Shown here: piece after piece, positions 1 to 13,950 of the stretch
Position numbering within the stretch: position 1 is the first letter of the stretch
Layout: each line of letters starts with the position of its first letter
Assembly (NCBI GenBank): GCA_964106645.2
Contig: OZ067043.1
From: Podarcis pityusensis
Lineage: Eukaryota
Length of the DNA stretch: 64,000 bases
Direction: 5' to 3' (one strand)
The notes under the pieces: model-generated
The model's input: only the letters and a program-made list of their open reading frames with translations
Databases searched by the model: none
Told to the model about the DNA's origin: nothing
Program-made: the position numbers and the translations under genes

Positions 1-3000
1 AATGATGTGAACAGCAAGATACTGGAAAATTATGGTGGTTTCTCCACCACATGTTCACATTGTAGGGTGCCATGACCATATTAAGGACATGACAAAACTC
101 AAGGGACAACAGCCGGCTGGCTGAAGCTTGTGTTTTGCCATAAAGCTCTGGATATTGGAATATGTGCAGTTGGCTCAGGACATGATAAGGCATGTGGTGG
201 ATAAGTCCTACACCTCCCTGCCATTTAGCTGTTCAAGCACAGTGGAAAAATGGAGGTAACTGGCTGGCAAGGGCATCTGCCTTTTCCCTTGATGCATGGC
301 AAGGGCAGACCTTGGTAATATGCTGCCCTGTGCAAGGCTATTAGACAACTTCCTCCAGCCTTGTGGCACCAATTTAAGCCATGCTTTGGGAAGGAGGCGT
401 GAGGCTCTGTCAGGGTCCTGGTAAGTGCTTGACCTGCTTTGGAAAGGAGGAGTCTAGGACCTTGGCAGAGCCCTCACACCTCCTTCTCGAAGCTGGGCAA
501 GCATTAACTGGGCTTTGAGAAGGCCTCCTCCTCTACTGTGTGCCCAATGCAACCACAGTGCTCGCATTTCCCCAAATTCACATCTGTGCATGGTCATTTG
601 GCTTGGTGTCCCTCCTGCCTCCTCCTGCATCGAAGGGAATCTCTAATGGCTGGGTGATAGGAAAATGCTGGCAGGTTTCTTCCAGATCAGCAACTCTGCC
701 GCAATAGTCTTTAAAGTGAAGCTGGTCCCCTTGTCTTATTTTCCGAGACTAGACTTGCTGCAACAGCTCTTTTTGCTGTAATGCAACAAGGTGCTGTTCT
801 ATTTCTTTCCATGTCCAACAGGTGCCACAGGTATTTCACAGGTCATTCATTTTAGTCTGCAAGAAGCATCCCTCATATTAGGAAGAGAAAGAGAGATAGT
901 GGATTAGAGCTTTGACTGGACTGGCTAGTCCATAAAGTAATGGAGGCAAGCTTTTGTTTAGAAATTCATCTTCAGAACTGTTGTTGTTGTTGTTTAGTTG
1001 TTGTTGCTATTAATAAAATTAAAATTTTAAAATAATAATTGTTTAAAATATTTTTATTGCATAACACCATTACAATATGTAAACATTAACATTAAGCTAT
1101 GAAAGTAGAATAAGGAATTGTTTGCTCATCTCCATCTAAACCTTAGCATTACTGGTGTGGAAAGGGGACCAGTCTTCAAGTTAGCAATAGTGGTGCATGT
1201 GCCAGTTATGACGTTTCATGGAGGTACCAGCGTGTTAGGCTGGAGGCAGGAAGGTGGGAAAGCAAATGTTTCATTCTGTGGCTGCCTTCTAACCGAAGCA
1301 CCTTCAATTCCATCTGACAAGACTGCCAGCCCAGTGGCTGATATGGGCGAGTCAGGGATTATCACCAATATTTGGCCTAGTTATGTAGTTGCTTTTTCTT
1401 GGCCTGGATAAAGACCAGCTAAAATATCACTGTAAGCAACACCTCAGCACCGTCTGGTGTGTCGCAGTAGCTGCACAAATAAATGGCCCAGAAGCTGTCA
1501 CTAGGGGACGGTAAGCAAGCTGTTTGGTGTCTGTGCTTCTAGTTGCTGTGAGAGAAAATGTCAAATTATAAATTTATAGCCCAGCTAGAATCAAGGAAGC
1601 AGTCCTTAAATAGAGTGAGACAGCCACCTCAGGCAGTTGTTTTTGGATGTCCTGAAAGGGTATCAAGGTGTTAGTTTCTTAATTTGTGAAGTTGTTGTTG
1701 TTGTTAAAGTTATTATTGTTCTTTTCTCACTGCCAAGGAAGAAGTGAAGAATTGGTGTGGTTAGCTGCCTCAAAGTAACTTGACCAGCCTGAGGTACATC
1801 CTACATCCTGACTTGAGGGGGCAGGGAGATTGGGGGGGGGGGCATTTGCTGTTCCACAAAAAAAATGTCTTCAGCCGACTCTGGTAAGATCATGTAACAT
1901 TGTTATAGCACTGATACACCACTGGTTCTACTGCATTTGGGTGCTGCCCTGAATTCCAGTCGCTGTGAAACAACAGGAGGTTTCCCAGAGAGGCATCTGT
2001 TTGGCTACTGTGAGAAATAGGACCAGACTGGCCTTTGGTTGGATCCAGAAGGGCTGTTTTTATGTTCCTAAATTGCCACTATCATCTATCAAAGGCACTC
2101 AGGGAGCACACATATACAGAAACACTTATGCCATATCAGAAATGTGAAATAAGATGAAGCCCATGCCCATTGCTCTTGTGCCAAACCTGTTATTTATATT
2201 ATCAGTTTCTCCTTGGCTGACAAAATGGCCACCCTCTCTGTCTATGTCATAACATCTACCATGCTTCCATTTGTGGGGAATTTCAAAGGCATCCAGCCAC
2301 ATGGTAGGATAGGTAAATCATAAGAATTAATCCAGTCTTAAATAAAGCGTGATAGGTAAAATGTGGACTCAAAAGTAGAAGGATGACAGCCATTTTAGGG
2401 ACACATAGGGTCACAGATTATAGCTTTAGGGGAGCCACAGCACTGTTATTAATAGAAGCATAGAAGCAAGAGGGTACTAAGCATGCTGTAATTTTCACAC
2501 TTGGTTGAAATAACGATCTAAACACTTCAGATAACTTGAAGCTAACTATTAAAATGAGCCCGTTCTTTGTTGTTGGCATAGAATGTCCCTGTGCAGCATT
2601 TATAATTAGATCATAATATCACCACAATTTCATTCCAATTTGCTATTTACGCCCTGGCCAATGACGGATTTATCAAATATTTCCCTGGTATGTTCAGACC
2701 AGAATAGGGCAAAACTGCTTTCACCTGAGGAAATGATTATCTTTATCAAGCGTAAATCTCTTCGCCCATGAACAACTTCTTCCCCATTGCACTTAATTGC
2801 GGCACTCTTTTTGTGTACACTTGAATAGTCCCGGCCATCCTTGGACATTACTTGGCATTCGTGTTACTTGGAATAGACAGGCATAGCAATTTTGCACTGC
2901 TGCACCATGGGAATTGTTGCAGAGTTAAGTATGAGCTCTGAATTTGCATGCTACATTTGTCCACATGACTTCTTGCCCCAGGATAGCTAAGACTGCTCAC

Positions 3001-4470
3001 ACATGGACAGGGAAAGAAAGAAAGGGAAAAGCACGCATGATTGAACTGGCCCTGAGAGGAAAGTTGTCAGCCTGGCTCTTTCCACTAGTGTTGGCATTTG
3101 AAGGGCTGGATCATGACTCAGCATACAGGATGTAAGGCTTGGTGTGCTAGAATGAATCAGCCTGTAGCTGGAAACAGGGGCGTGGGTTGGGAGATGATGG
3201 GGAATTATTTGTGCAATTTCTAAATGCAGAATGAAGTTCTATTTAAAAACATTTTTCTTAAAGAAATGAAAACCAGGCTGTTCTATGTAGCAATTATTTA
3301 ACCATTTAGAAGATTTTTAAGGATAACATTTCCATTCATGCAGTAAATAGGGTTTAGGGCAGGAATCTGGAACAATTGCTTTTTATAAGAGAAGGCAATG
3401 TATGGAGACAATGTTCTGTTATTTAGCTGTAAGTCTGGCAGCTCTAGTACTAATCCAGTACTTACAGTTTTGCAGCTCCGGTACTTAAAGTTCACATGCC
3501 AGACTCTGAATGTGGGTTGAATTCTCCTTAACATAAATATGCAAAGAACTGAAGCACAAATGGTCCTTAACAAAACAAAACAAAAAACCCTAGTCAATAA
3601 AAAAAAATTATTTTAAAAAGTACAGATTTTGTTTTATTTTTTGCAATAACGTAATTATAATATCTGCAAATGTTTCAGTAATCAATTCTTAACAGGCCAA
3701 ATCCTTTGCAGCATATTTCAAAAATATGCAGCACAGGATCTGGCCTATTAAGGATTTATTAAAATACTTCTGAAATATACTGCATAGGATTTGGCCTAGT
3801 AAGGCTTTATTATTTGCCTTTTTGTATATATGACAATTGTTTTATTGTAATAGAGAATCCTGTATTTTTAATGCATTTTCCCCTCAACTCTGATTTTGGT
3901 TGCTGAGTTTTCCTCAAGCCTACAGATCTGTTGCAGCCCTATGAAGAAAGTATAAAACACGATGGTAATTTTTACACCTATCTTGCATAGTTAACAATGG
4001 CTTCATTAGAGAGCAAGATGAACTCTGGTCCTGCCCCAAGCCTATAGATATGAGCCTTTTTACACCTGTTTGCGCGTTTCAAAGAGACCTTTGTCTCCCT
4101 ATGGATCCTTCCCTCCCACAGCATGTGGCAAATGTTGAGCCTTGCTGTTTCAATAAGCCACCAGCTGCCAATGTGTCTGCTTCCTTCTATCACAGACATG
4201 TGAGTTATGTCACTGCACAAGTACAGAAGAGGACTGGCATGTGTTAAGTAACAGTTGCAGGCTAACATAGTCAACAGCAGACATAAAAAGAAACATTGAA
4301 GACCCTGATGAAATCTTAATTGCAACATGACAGATTTTGACAGGATCTTCACTTTCAGGGGTTAATACAAAATACAAACACACGGCTAAATATTGCTTCT
4401 ATGACCAGCAAGGAGGAAATTCCATCCATCGAAGGGTTCCTTTTTCTAACCTGGAGCCCTCAGCCTAATC

Positions 4471-4606
4471 CAGGCATGGCCAAACTTGGCCCTCTAGCTG
4501 TTTGGGGACTACAGTTCCCATCATCCCTGACCACTGGTCCTGTTAGCTAGGGGTGATGGGAGTTATAGTCCCCAAACAGCTGGAGGGCCAAGTTTCGCCA
4601 TGACTG
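4471..4606. mobile_element. Palindromic hAT-type MITE (ACTACANTTCCCA family); relatives near 9130, 19030, 36450, 44085, 44350, 57410
   Basis: Long imperfect inverted repeat caggcatggccaaacttggccctctagctg ... cagctggagggccaagtttcgccatgactg. Confidence 0.78.
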
Positions 4607-7600
4607 TGTTGTGGCATGGAGGGAGGAAATAGGGGGGAAAGGGAGGTGACAGAAAGAGAGAGAAAAGAAGCAGTTGTGTCACTCCCAGTATGGGCTCTGG
4701 CTCCCCACTACTGGCATAAGACCCGCCAAAAGATTTTCCTCAAGGGTATACAGCCTTCAGTGAAAAAGAAGATTGATCGTATCTGAAACAGACTATGTAA
4801 AAAGAAATTTAGAGACAAATTCCAAATAGCTGCATTGTTTGTTTATACCAGTGTGGTGGGAGAAAAAAACACCCCACCCCTGTATGGTTCTAGAGATGTT
4901 TACTCATTATTTGACATGAGCTTCTTGTCAGCAGTGTGCTAGATGTATCTGATACATATATATGGAATTGAGCATTCAGTGTGATGGGTCTTCGGCTGCT
5001 TCATAATAATAGTAAGCCAAAGTGTAAGAAAGAACAAAAAGTAATGGGAATACAAAATACCATCCGACAATACATACTCTGTACATTTAGCAGAGTACAT
5101 AAACCAAGCAATTTATGCTAGACATGAATGCAGTGCATTGCTGAATGGGAGATGGTGACTTTTTAGCATGAGAGAGTCATAATGCTCTTTATTCAGCTCA
5201 TGAACAGGACAGTCACATAGCTATGCAATGATGCGGAAATATTGGTTCCCCTGACAGCAACTGCATTCTGAAATATTTCCTTTGAGGTAAAGCAATCCTG
5301 AGGTCCAAGATGGAATGTCGACAGTCTGGGTTAGGGGTCTGTTCCCCCTTTGGCTGCATTTATGAAGAATATGTTTTAAAGATCATTGTAATCTACACAT
5401 GGATCCCTTTCCTGCCTGTGTAGATTGAATGCTGACCACCCTTTGCACATAGACTCTGCAGAGACCCCTTGAATCACATGGGACTCCATTGAGTCCTGCT
5501 AGTAGTGTATATGTTGTACAGCTAGTCAACACACATCATGGTGTGGTTAGGACACCAGACCAACAAATCCTACAGTCGGCCTTCAGCGAAGCAGGGGTGA
5601 CGGTGAAAGAAGAGGTCAGAAACCTTTGTTAGAAACTATTTAGAGACTCGCATTGGGTTTACACAAGTGAATGCCATGGAGAATACCGTGAAGTGCTGTC
5701 TGAAATCTCCATTCCTCTATTCTGGTCACTGAGATATAAAAAGAGATGAAATCACTAGGAAAAGTACTGTGGCGCAGGGATGGATGCTCACTTTCCATAG
5801 TCAGGCAACATTACCCTTGAGTTGCCAAAGTCTATTAAGGAAAGCAAAAACACTGTCACCTTGACATTAGGGGATGCTTCTGAACAAAGATAAATGAATA
5901 GGGGATTAACGATTGTTTTAATTGTATGATATACATTCTTTTTCCTTTTTAAAGAAAAGGCCGGCTTGAATATTTGGACTAAATAAATCACTGCTGGCTG
6001 CATTTCAGGGTTGGACTAGATGACCCTCAGAAACCCTGCAGTTCTATGGTTCTGTGATTCTATGATTCTACTGTCTATGCAGGACTGAGACGTCTTTTGC
6101 AACTTTCAGGTGTGAAGCCTTGTTATACAGTCCAGTAAACTTAATGCCGAGAGCCTCCTGCTGTAAACTTTATTTATTTCTAATGTAAGTTTCTATTGCT
6201 TTTCAATAACAAACATAAAACAAATAGTATATAACAGGAAAATATTATACAATACAGAGTAAAAATATGTGTGTGGCAAAGAAATATGTACATAAAGCAA
6301 AGCAGTTGATCTTTATAAGCTTTTTGAAACCAAATAACTTGATACACTGTAGGAGTGGGGTGGGGTGGTTGTGTTCAAATTTATTTGTATAGGAAATAAA
6401 GGAAAACCAAATTGGAAAAAGTCATACTTTGTCCTCTGTCTTCTTTTAGTTTCTTTTCCAATATGGCTATTTGCCATACTGGAAGTCATGAAGTTAAGAT
6501 TATTCAAACTATTTTTTTTCAAAATAGTGGCCAAAAAAGATAGTGATTAGTTCCTGATTTTAATATTAGGGTCCTCATTTGAAAAAAGGTCATGTAGGCT
6601 GCATTTAGGTTTCTTCACTGTTCTATCCTAAAGGCTTTGGCAGTGCTGCCTGGCAGTGGGGCCTGGTGGAGCCTAGACCTGGTGGGAAGCCTTAAGGCTC
6701 TCCCAAGCTCAACACAGAAAACCACATCCATGGACTACACAGATCGTATTAGCACTGCATTGGACCTCATCAGCCATGACATTAAAGTGGAACATTTTAT
6801 CCTCAAAGTGAGAGCTCTACCCTTAGATTTAGGCCATACTACAGTGGTGGAACACATGCTTCATACAAACAGGATCCCAAGCTCAAAAGCAGGCTAGTTG
6901 GCGATAAACACTGATTCTACTAAAATTTTGCAGAATTGAGCCAGCAGTTTGAGGAGAAACATTTCAGTGAATTTAGCAGCCCTACCTAATTGAGAAACAT
7001 CCTGGGGAATTGAGCAGCCCTACTGAATTATAGCAATGATCGAAGTGGTTTTGTCACTCACACACAAGAAAAAAAGAGGGAAAGTCGGAGAGAACATGTT
7101 GAGTTAGGTGAACAATTTCTACTTGCTTCTTGTCATTTCAAGGCAGGCCTTGGACCAGTGATATTTGGCAGTAAAGCAGATGCAGACCCCTTGGGTTTGG
7201 CCGTGGCTAATTGGCATGCAAATATAAATCAGGATTAAATAAAATTGATTAAATGAATCCCAGTCGCAATGCATTGTAACTTAGGCTGCTCTGTGCAGTA
7301 AAATGAAGGAATAGAATGCTGTGGTTGAAGAACAGACTGCGGTACTTCAGCTTCTAGGTAGGAGATTACATTTTTAAATGTTTCTCTAAATCAATTACTC
7401 CCTTTAAATAGTAAGCAAGCAAAGGGCTACACTAGAACACTTCTCCCTCATATGCTAGTTTTCTATCTGTAGGGAATTTTTTTAAAACTTGGGAAAGCTT
7501 TCAAAAGAGGTATCCTCAATCTACCATTTGAAGAGATACTGTCTGTTCCGCCATCTCAGTCTGATGCATGTGGTAACATCAGAAAATATGTATTAATGTC

Positions 7601-8535
7601 ACCTGGAGTCCTCATCATTCCTTTTCTTTCCAATATTTAGGCTATGAGTGATGCTGTTTATGCAGCCAAATTGCCGCTGCCACCACCCCAAGCAGCAGAG
7701 TGAGTCTTTAGAATCATTTAAACCAAGCAAAAACCTTGCTCTCCCTCCCTCTGTAGCCTGAGGTAAAGTTATTCAAAGGGAGTTCTCCAGAACCACATAA
7801 CATAAATGTTTTAAAAGTAATTCATAGGCAAAACATTAAAGGTAAGGACTGAGGAGTCAGATCAGAAATGACATCTGGATATGAGCAGGGTTCCTCGGGC
7901 TATGCAGAGGGGAAGACACGGGTTGGGTTTGATATCTTTCCCAGCAAACGAACAAGGCATCCTAGTTCAAAGAACTGTTTAATCTGTCCCTGTGTTCCCA
8001 GAGCCTGGCTTATATATGACCTCTCCCTCCCACCACAGAATACTTTTCTTCCCCCTCATGCAAAACTCGATTTGCTTCAGCCACATGAATCACTGTGTGT
8101 AGTGCTAATTATTAGCAGTGATCCGTGTGTTATGATAACATCTGAGAGTCCCAAAACGCAATGTGGACTTAATAAAAAGGCAGAATATATGTGGAGGATA
8201 TTTAGTTCAAAGAACTGAAGGCTAGTAGAGCCCTACCCAGGGAAACTAACCGGAAGGGGATGTAACTGGCAATGAAGACCAGGATTGTGGAATTCTGCTC
8301 CAGCAATTTGTTCTCTTGTTCATCCATGCGTCCTAGGCTGGATGCAACATCTTTCTTTAATAGACTCTTGACTGCAGCACCCAGCTGAAACTGGGATTTA
8401 ATTTTGGTGCAATCTTTCTCTGGGCTCATCCACACTTCCTCTTGTCCTGTGCCTTATATGCATGGATCTGGGCAGTTTTCTCTTTGTCCCACCACTTTCT
8501 CTGAGAAAATGAACTCTTTATTGCTGAATTGGAGA

Positions 8536-8758
8536 CAGGGCTGGCCCACCCATGTGGCAAGGTGAGGCAACAACCTCAGGTGGCAGGACCCAGAGGAGCA
8601 GCAAATCCCAGTGTAGATCTTTATTTCCCCCCCCCCACACACACACACACCCATTTATTCCTGATGTAGCACTTCACTCACCCCTTCTTCCCTGATGGGG
8701 AGTGGGCACACCATTTTGTGGTTCGCCTCAGGCGCCAAAATGTCTTGGACCGGCCCTG
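8536..8758. mobile_element. hAT-like MITE (CAGGGCCGG / GCCTCAGG family); relatives near 1620-1880, 24440-24560, 38999-39191, 39330-39560
   Basis: Termini CAGGGCTGG / CCGGCCCTG; shared gcctcagg and aaaatgtcttgg motifs. Confidence 0.65.
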
Positions 8759-11700
8759 ATCAGAGCAAATATCAATCTGCAAATATCAAACTCAGCTGAT
8801 GTTTGCTCCGATTCAACATTAAGGAGTGGATTTTCTGGGGAGGAAGTGGCGGTACAAGCAGTAGTGTGGATGAGCTCTCTGTCTCTCTCAATACTTGCGA
8901 TACACCAGGATTATATATCTATAGTCCTACCTTTCTATCATCACAACAGCAGCAACAAAATCTCAGGCCAAAATTCCAATTGAAGTCACTCCATTAAATC
9001 TGGATACTTTTGCTTCTCAGAATTTTTATGTAGTATTCTGTTACTAATTATTGGACTAAGAGCCCTCACCTATTTGAAATGTGTTCACTGGAGACTGAGA
9101 AGGACTAAGAAATATCCACGCCATACATTTGAAGCACATGGTTTCCTCCAAATAAGCATGGGAGCTGTAGATTATCCTCATGGAGCTACAATTCCCAGGA
9201 TTCTATGAGGGAAGCAATGTGCTTTAATGTTGCAGATGCATCCTTATATTGTTTTGCATTCTTCAAACTACCTCTAAAAACCATTTTACTATCCTGTTGT
9301 AGGATCAGTCAAAGTTGTGAAGAAGTATGATTTTTTCCCCATCCTTTCAATGTGTGTTTATGGGTGAAATGGATATGCTAATTCACTTTAGTGACAGAAA
9401 GTGCAGCATTTAGAGGGCGCTAATTCAACTACATGAGTGTGATAATGTGAAGTCTGGTTTTTGTTTTTACTTTGGATTTGTTTGTTAAAGGTAGGTTTTG
9501 AGCACCACCAAACTTGTGGGCAGTATCCACCATTTGCAGCCACCTGGAATGCACAGAATGTTCTTGAAAGCCATGCCTGGCTGGAAGAGTGGTAGGGAGG
9601 ACAAGTATCAGGATTCAAGTTTGCAATGACTCCTGAATTTGGAATCTGAGGGGTGTCAGGCAGATTCAATCTGCATGCCAGCACCAGCTCTGTCCAAAGA
9701 AGAAAAGTTCAGGGTAACCAGCAAGACGAGCAGAGAAGACTCTTGAAAGGCAATGGGCCACAGCAAGTCATCTGACAAGGCCTGACCCTTATAAAAGCAT
9801 GCAGATCACACTTGCTGTCTGGTGTAAGCTGCTGCTTTCATTCAACTTGCTACTACACACTACACTTCTGTGGCTGCGGCAAGGAAGGGAAGTTCTGGGA
9901 GATGCCAACTGTGAAACTGAGCAAGAACCTTCATTCTGACTGTGCTATTTTAATCAAGCCTATCCATCCATCTGCCTAACATGGTACCAGCAACTTTCAG
10001 CAGTTATTACATTAACCAGCTCTGAGCTGCATCAGATGCTTCGCTTTTCCCCCAAAGGCAAGCTGTTCTAGGTAACAATGACAGTCTATTTCTTCTCCAA
10101 ACCTTTATTAGGCATTACAAATAAAGGCCATCATAAAATACCCATATATAAAATTTTAAAATATATACAAATAAACAGCCATGTAAAAATATGTAATAGC
10201 GAGGATTTTCATTGGTGTTTCTTCCCGCTAAATAGTGTCATTCACCACTCTAAGAGATACTATTGATAAAAACTCAGCCACCCTTGCAGTTACTTCTGGG
10301 TTAATGTAAGACAGATAGACTCATATATTTTCATTGTGCCGTAATCTTAGACTACCCAGAAAAGGTGATGGCATGTGTTTGCGTAGCTGGATATACAATG
10401 GACAGTAGAGGAGAATATGTTTTACTGTGTCCAGCACATTCAAAAAACATCTGCAATGTCTATCGTTTCTGGGGATGTTTAAATATCTGCCCTTGGCAAA
10501 AGCTATGGGGTAACATAAAGGCCCTGCATTGGACTGGAATTATTCATTTTGCAATTTAAGTGACCTTGTTATCTGTTGGATTTAAACCATAAAACTTGGG
10601 GGAGCAAATTTTATTTACAGCTGACTCGATGTTTCGTTTTTCCATGTCCCTTAATCTGATTCGAATATTACGATAAATATATTGCTCACTTGAATTATAG
10701 AAGAGTTCCAGGTAACAATGACAGTCAGTGGGGGACCTGGGGGTCATTATGTTTGACCATAATGCCCATGTCTTTCTGTTATTTCATACACATGAGCTGT
10801 GCACATGTTAAGAAGCTGTGGCAAATGCCAACTACATGCGAGCACATGTATATGGCGATCTGCATGCAGTGTTCATTTTGTCACAAAGATCAGTGCTTCT
10901 CAAGCTGTCTGATGTCGTAGACTGGCAATGCCCCCCCCCAAAAAAAAATGTGCCAGGGACAAGTACCATATTTGGTCCCTGAAGTGTCCCACCCAACTTG
11001 GGCTGTGGTGCAGTCGCCATAGACCAGCAGCCAATGGCTCACAGACTGGCAACAGTCCATGGTCAACCACTTTGAGTAGCACTGACTTAGACAGAGCAGT
11101 GTCCTTTGTAGGAAATGCAAAATATTATAAGCAGCCCACAGTCACAGGTTTTTCCCTATCAATGTCACAAGTGTTTTTCTTCCTTCTCCTTGTCGCCATT
11201 TGACCCCCTCCAAGCCCAGTTGCGTCAGCTGTTGGCTGCACATAACAGATGCTTGTCAAGAATTTCCAAGAAGATCAGGTGACACCTTGTGTTCCAATTC
11301 GCTTCCCTCCCTTACAGCCCAACTCACATACTGAGGCTGGACTTCCAAGCAAGGCTGCATTAGAGCAAGCAAACCAAGCGGATCAACATCTCGGATGAAT
11401 CTGGGATAGTTGTGAACCACCATATCCTTTGCATATACTGGTGATTATCAAAGGAACAGCTGGGTGAGTAACTATTTTGTGCATTCACCAAGGTCGTCTT
11501 TTAGCTCTAGAGAGGGAAGGTTCTGATTTTGCTCTGAAATTGTAGACTGTTGGGGTTGATCTTTAAACTTGGGTATACCTCCTTCATTTGGATCAGAAAG
11601 GGTCAGACTTAGACAATGAGGATGGAATATGAATCAAGGGGGTTGAATAAGTGAAACCTACTAAGTTCAGTTCTACAAAACTTCACTGCATTGCTGTTCA

Positions 11701-12716
11701 TGTTAGAGAGAATTTCGGGCGTTCTGAATATTCTTCTCTAGTTCCCACTGCGTAAGTGTTTCTACAACATCCCCATATTGCTCCTGAGTGGGGAAAGGGC
11801 TGCCAAATATTTGCTGACCTGCAGGGGTATTTCAATCTTAAGTGCACAGAATTTAGAATATTAGACCTTGTCTTCTATACATATATTATAACATCCACAA
11901 AAAGGGTATTATTCCCATTGAAAATTATAGAAGGGTCTCTAACTAGCAGGCCTTTGAGATCTAAGCCCAAGGCCATGAGATCTGCTCACACAGCTGAGTA
12001 GATTGTATGATAGCAGTCTTTGGCTGAAACACTAAACTCTTAGGGTTGAGGGGTATGTTCCTCAAATCTTAACCTTAATGTTGCTGTGGTGGTGAAGAGG
12101 GAGTATTTGTTATGATGTGACCAGTTCATTCCATTAAAAAACTCTCTTGGTGATGGAACATTTTGACCAATCCGCTACTCTCTGGTTAAAAAAATCACTG
12201 CCTTTGAGATTAAATTTGTTTTGCAGTATAACAGGAGAGGTAGCTAGCCTAATAAATCTGTATTGACTGTCAATAAACCCATGATGTAACCTCCAGTTCA
12301 TAGCAGAATATTTCAGACCTAGCTGATGCTGGAGGAGGAGGAGGAGGAGGGAAGAGGAGAAGCACACACCCACACACCGGACAAGTAACTTAATCTCCGC
12401 TACTTGTTCTCCACGGACCGCTACTTGAAGGAAAGTCACTTTTCACATACTAATTACACTGGGAATTAAAATAAAGCTGCAGTTGTAAGCATGTTTACTT
12501 GAAAGTTGGCTTCTTCAAAATCAATATGATTGACTACAGAGGAAAATGTGTTAACACCAGAGTGTTGAAGTGAAATATATTTTTCTCTTTCAGAAATCTG
12601 TCACTGGGGACAAACTTCTTGCCCTTTCTATGCCCCCATTAAAAAGTGATTTCCCCACCCTGGTGCTGCCACCAAATTCAGATCACAATTTGGTCTGATT
12701 GCAAGCTTTATTAAAG

Positions 12717-12850
12717 TAAGGTTACCAGACGTCCCCGTTTCCCGGGGACAGTCCCCAGATTTACATATCAGTCCCCTGTCAAAATCCTATCATTCCTACT
12801 GAAGTTGAAAAGTGTCCCCAGATTCATTGGAAAAAAATCTGGTAACCTTA
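12717..12850. mobile_element. hAT-type MITE, 134 bp
   Basis: 13-bp TIR TAAGGTTACCAGA; perfect 8-bp TSD TATTAAAG. Confidence 0.9.
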
Positions 12851-13933
12851 TATTAAAGTCAATTAAGACTAAGGCACAGAAAAGCCTTGCAATTGGAGAT
12901 CAGCTTCACAGTACCTTTTGAGTTCATTCCAGGCCATATGCACAGCCCCCTAAAGGTTAGAGCAAGGGAGATTCCTATTCGTAGTTCTGTACCATATGCA
13001 TATTTGCAAAATACCCTCCCTTTGCCTAAATTAGCAAAGGGTGATCACAGAACTTAGTGCCAAACTGGCCTAGATCGATATTGAAATGAAAAAAGCTGAA
13101 AGCCAGAGGCATTTTTATTAAGGTAGCTAGAAGTGTCTGCCAACTATGGTGCAGGAAGTGGGGGGAAGCTTTTATAGCCACACACCCCAAAATATTGGCA
13201 CTTGTTCAGATATATCTTATGGCAGGGGGGAGACCGAGGGACAGCTACAGAAAATTTACTAAAGGTACACAAACCACCTGCCAAAGCAACAGCAGTTCCT
13301 CCATTATCCCAAATGCCCATGCAATCACAGGCAAAGAGATGCAGCATTTTAGCAGCATATCAATCCTTGCTAATGCCTCTCCCATCCTTGCTGTCTGCAA
13401 TCCTCCAGCTTTGCAGAGCAACCATATAAATCCTTCAGTGAAGCAAACTGTATCTTTGCTTCTTGTACATGAGGGATGCTGGGACCAGACATAAACTTTA
13501 TGAACATCATATTCTTTCAGGAAAGGAAATACAAGATTAAAAGGGCTCAGAGTCTGTGCACACAAGGATTTATGGCCTTGGTGCTAGAACTTGACTCCTC
13601 ACAGAGAATGAAGCTTTTCATTTTCAGCACTCTGTCACCCAAGACAGTTATTCTTTCAGATGAAGGAAAAGGAGCCAAAGTAGATTTAGAAATACACTGA
13701 GGACTAATGCTACACATCCCATCTTTGTGCATGAAATGTCTGTATGGAAATAAGCAAAGAGCTAGCTGAAGTCAACCAAATCTTTCCCCAATATCTGCAG
13801 GGGGCTTTCGATCGGATACTAGGGCAATCTTTCAACAAAGCAACAGAGAGACCTGTCTGTCTGTCTGTCTGTCTGAAATGTCTCAGGCTGCAATGAGAGA
13901 CTGAATTACACAATGGGGGAAGCAGATTTAATT

Positions 13934-13950
13934 CAGTTGGCTATTTTTAG
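13934..13950. promoter_or_regulatory. Candidate myogenic element: E-box CAGTTG next to a MEF2 site CTATTTTTAG
   Basis: Reverse strand CTAAAAATAGCC is a consensus MEF2 site. Confidence 0.4.

Noticed and set aside
2626-2870. CpG-retaining, TE-free stretch as a coding exon or conserved element
   Set aside because: No recognisable peptide or splice sites; conservation cannot be judged without an alignment.
1-9000. 3' exons of LEMD2, the expected upstream neighbour by human synteny
   Set aside because: No LEMD2-like peptide could be read here. The DRAVSF match near 11090 is short and lacks splice support.
12326-12390. ATG-(GAG)6...AA|GTAACT as IP6K3 exon 1, giving a 56-aa uORF in the +1 frame
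   Set aside because: Weak donor and microsatellite-derived codons; no better supported than other donors (7700, 17321). Left unresolved.
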